Below, in pieces: positions 62,751 through 64,000 of a stretch of 64,000 bases of DNA. This stretch comes from Vulcanimicrobiota bacterium (lineage in GTDB: Bacteria > Vulcanimicrobiota > Vulcanimicrobiia > Vulcanimicrobiales > Vulcanimicrobiaceae), in the NCBI GenBank assembly GCA_963820825.1, contig CAWGBN010000005.1, forward strand, positions 32,001-96,000, given 5' to 3'. The translations under genes and the position numbers were made by a program. The notes below the pieces were generated by a model. It did no database searches and was not told where the DNA came from. It saw nothing but the letters and a program-made list of their open reading frames with translations. Every line of letters starts with the position of its first letter. The stretch's first letter is position 1.

Positions 62751-63953
62751 ATGGTTAAGACGCCCGTGCGCGAGATCGTCGGCGCGATTGACGCGGCTGC
62801 CGCCGCCTGGAGGGACGGCGCCTTCGACTCGCGGATCCGGGCACGCGACGCGGTGGGAGAACGAACCGGATACTCGCTTGAAAGCGTCGAGTATGCGCTC
62901 GATCGGCTTTTCGCCGTGCTGCGCCGCGAAACGATTGAAGCAGTGATTGCCGACGAGCTCGGTTCGCTCGACGTTCTCGACGGCTTCGTAGCTCGTGCCG
63001 GCCGTCCGCGCGCCCGCGCGCTCCCGATCGGCCGAGTCTGCATCATTTCGAGCCGCACGACGATCGGCGTAGCGATTCTCCCCGCCGTCTTCGCGCTCTG
63101 CGCGAAGTGCGACGTAAGCGTCAAGGATCGCGAAGACCATCTCACCGCCGCCTTCTTGAGCACCGTCGTCGATCGGCTCCCAGCATTGCGCGGCCGCGCC
63201 CGCGCGCAAGCGTGGTCAGGCGCAGACGGCCCCGATCTGACGCGCTTCGACGTCGTCGTCGCTTTTGGCGACGACGCGACCCTTGCAACGATTGCGGCAA
63301 AGCTCGGCTATCGCACGCGGTTCCTCGGGTACGGTTCCAAGGCGAGTGCCGGTTACGTTACCCGCGAAGCGCTGCGCGACGAGGAGTCGGCATGGGAAAT
63401 CGCTCGCGGTGCGGCGCTCGATTTGACGCTGTACGAGAGCGAAGGCTGTCTCTCGCTGCACGCGCTCTTCGTCGAAAGCGGAGGCACCGTCGCCGTGCGG
63501 CGCTTCGCCGATCTGCTCGGCGAGGCAATGCATTCGATCGCGGAAGCCTTCCCCGCGCGGCGCGACGCCGTAACGGCCTCGCGTCGCGCAATCGCGCGCG
63601 ATCTCGCCGCCTTTCGCTCGGGAAGCGCGGCGCAGATCTCGGGCCCGTCCGCGCCATACGTGGTGCTCCTCGATTCTCCGCTCGATGAGCCGCCGCTCTT
63701 TCTCGCTCAGACGATCGGTATTCGCAGCGTCGCTACGCCCGCGGACGCGGCGGAGTACCTCGAGCGACACCGCATCACGCTCGAGGCTCTTGCAGTCGCC
63801 GGCGGGCGTCCAGAGCTGCACGAACTCGCATACCGCTCGAAGGCGGCGCGCATAACGACGTTCGGTGCGCTTCAGGCCCCACCGCTCGGTGCGTTTCACG
63901 GCGGCAGAGCGCGCATCGCCGAGTTCGTTCGCTGGATCGGCGACGAGACGTGA
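62751..63953 (+). CDS. LuxC-like acyl-CoA reductase
   Basis: DVVVAFGDDAT, GYGSKAS, YESEGCLS (catalytic Cys), HGG near C-terminus. Confidence 0.8.
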   Translation: MVKTPVREIVGAIDAAAAAWRDGAFDSRIRARDAVGERTGYSLESVEYALDRLFAVLRRETIEAVIADELGSLDVLDGFVARAGRPRARALPIGRVCIISSRTTIGVAILPAVFALCAKCDVSVKDREDHLTAAFLSTVVDRLPALRGRARAQAWSGADGPDLTRFDVVVAFGDDATLATIAAKLGYRTRFLGYGSKASAGYVTREALRDEESAWEIARGAALDLTLYESEGCLSLHALFVESGGTVAVRRFADLLGEAMHSIAEAFPARRDAVTASRRAIARDLAAFRSGSAAQISGPSAPYVVLLDSPLDEPPLFLAQTIGIRSVATPADAAEYLERHRITLEALAVAGGRPELHELAYRSKAARITTFGALQAPPLGAFHGGRARIAEFVRWIGDET

Positions 63954-64000
63954 GCTTACGCAGAACCCGCAGCGTCGAGCTCGCGGCCCGGCTCCGGCGC
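63950..64000 (+). CDS. start of next gene (truncated by window edge)
   Basis: GTGA overlap with the luxC-like stop; frame open to the end of the window. Confidence 0.4.
   Translation, partial: MSLRRTRSVELAARLRR

Overview
GC-rich bacterial chromosomal window made up mostly of housekeeping genes: rpoZ-glmS-rph-mlaEFD-panE, a Xer-type recombinase, mdh, cdaA-cdaR-glmM, rsgA, rpsT, priA, aroCKB, ftsQ/ftsA-ftsZ-thyX, a hisD-like gene, dnaE, pckA, pfp, pruA, trpC and a luxC-like gene. It also holds tRNA-Gln and a full minus-strand rRNA operon (16S-23S-5S, no spacer tRNA). Gene content (c-di-AMP module, diderm-type Mla, leaderless genes, beta-propeller lipoproteins) suggests a diderm Terrabacteria lineage, possibly Eremiobacterota; this is inference and needs a 16S search. 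Main highlights: (1) an 811-nt group I intron with a LAGLIDADG endonuclease in 23S rRNA after U2473 (E. coli numbering, H89 loop), plus a separate 176-nt hairpin IVS; (2) a 28-bp dif-like site overlapping the start of the Xer gene; (3) tandem NrdR-like boxes and DnaA-like boxes upstream of ftsA-ftsZ-thyX; (4) a c-di-AMP riboswitch on an NlpC/P60 gene directly behind the cyclase operon; (5) a HisD paralog lacking catalytic residues; (6) an MlaD with a C-terminal beta-barrel; (7) a mosaic of sense and antisense tRNA-Gln fragments with a REP-like element. Many single-base frameshifts (mlaD, panE, the peptidase at 16657-17809, cdaA, rsgA, pruA) look like long-read indel errors rather than real decay.
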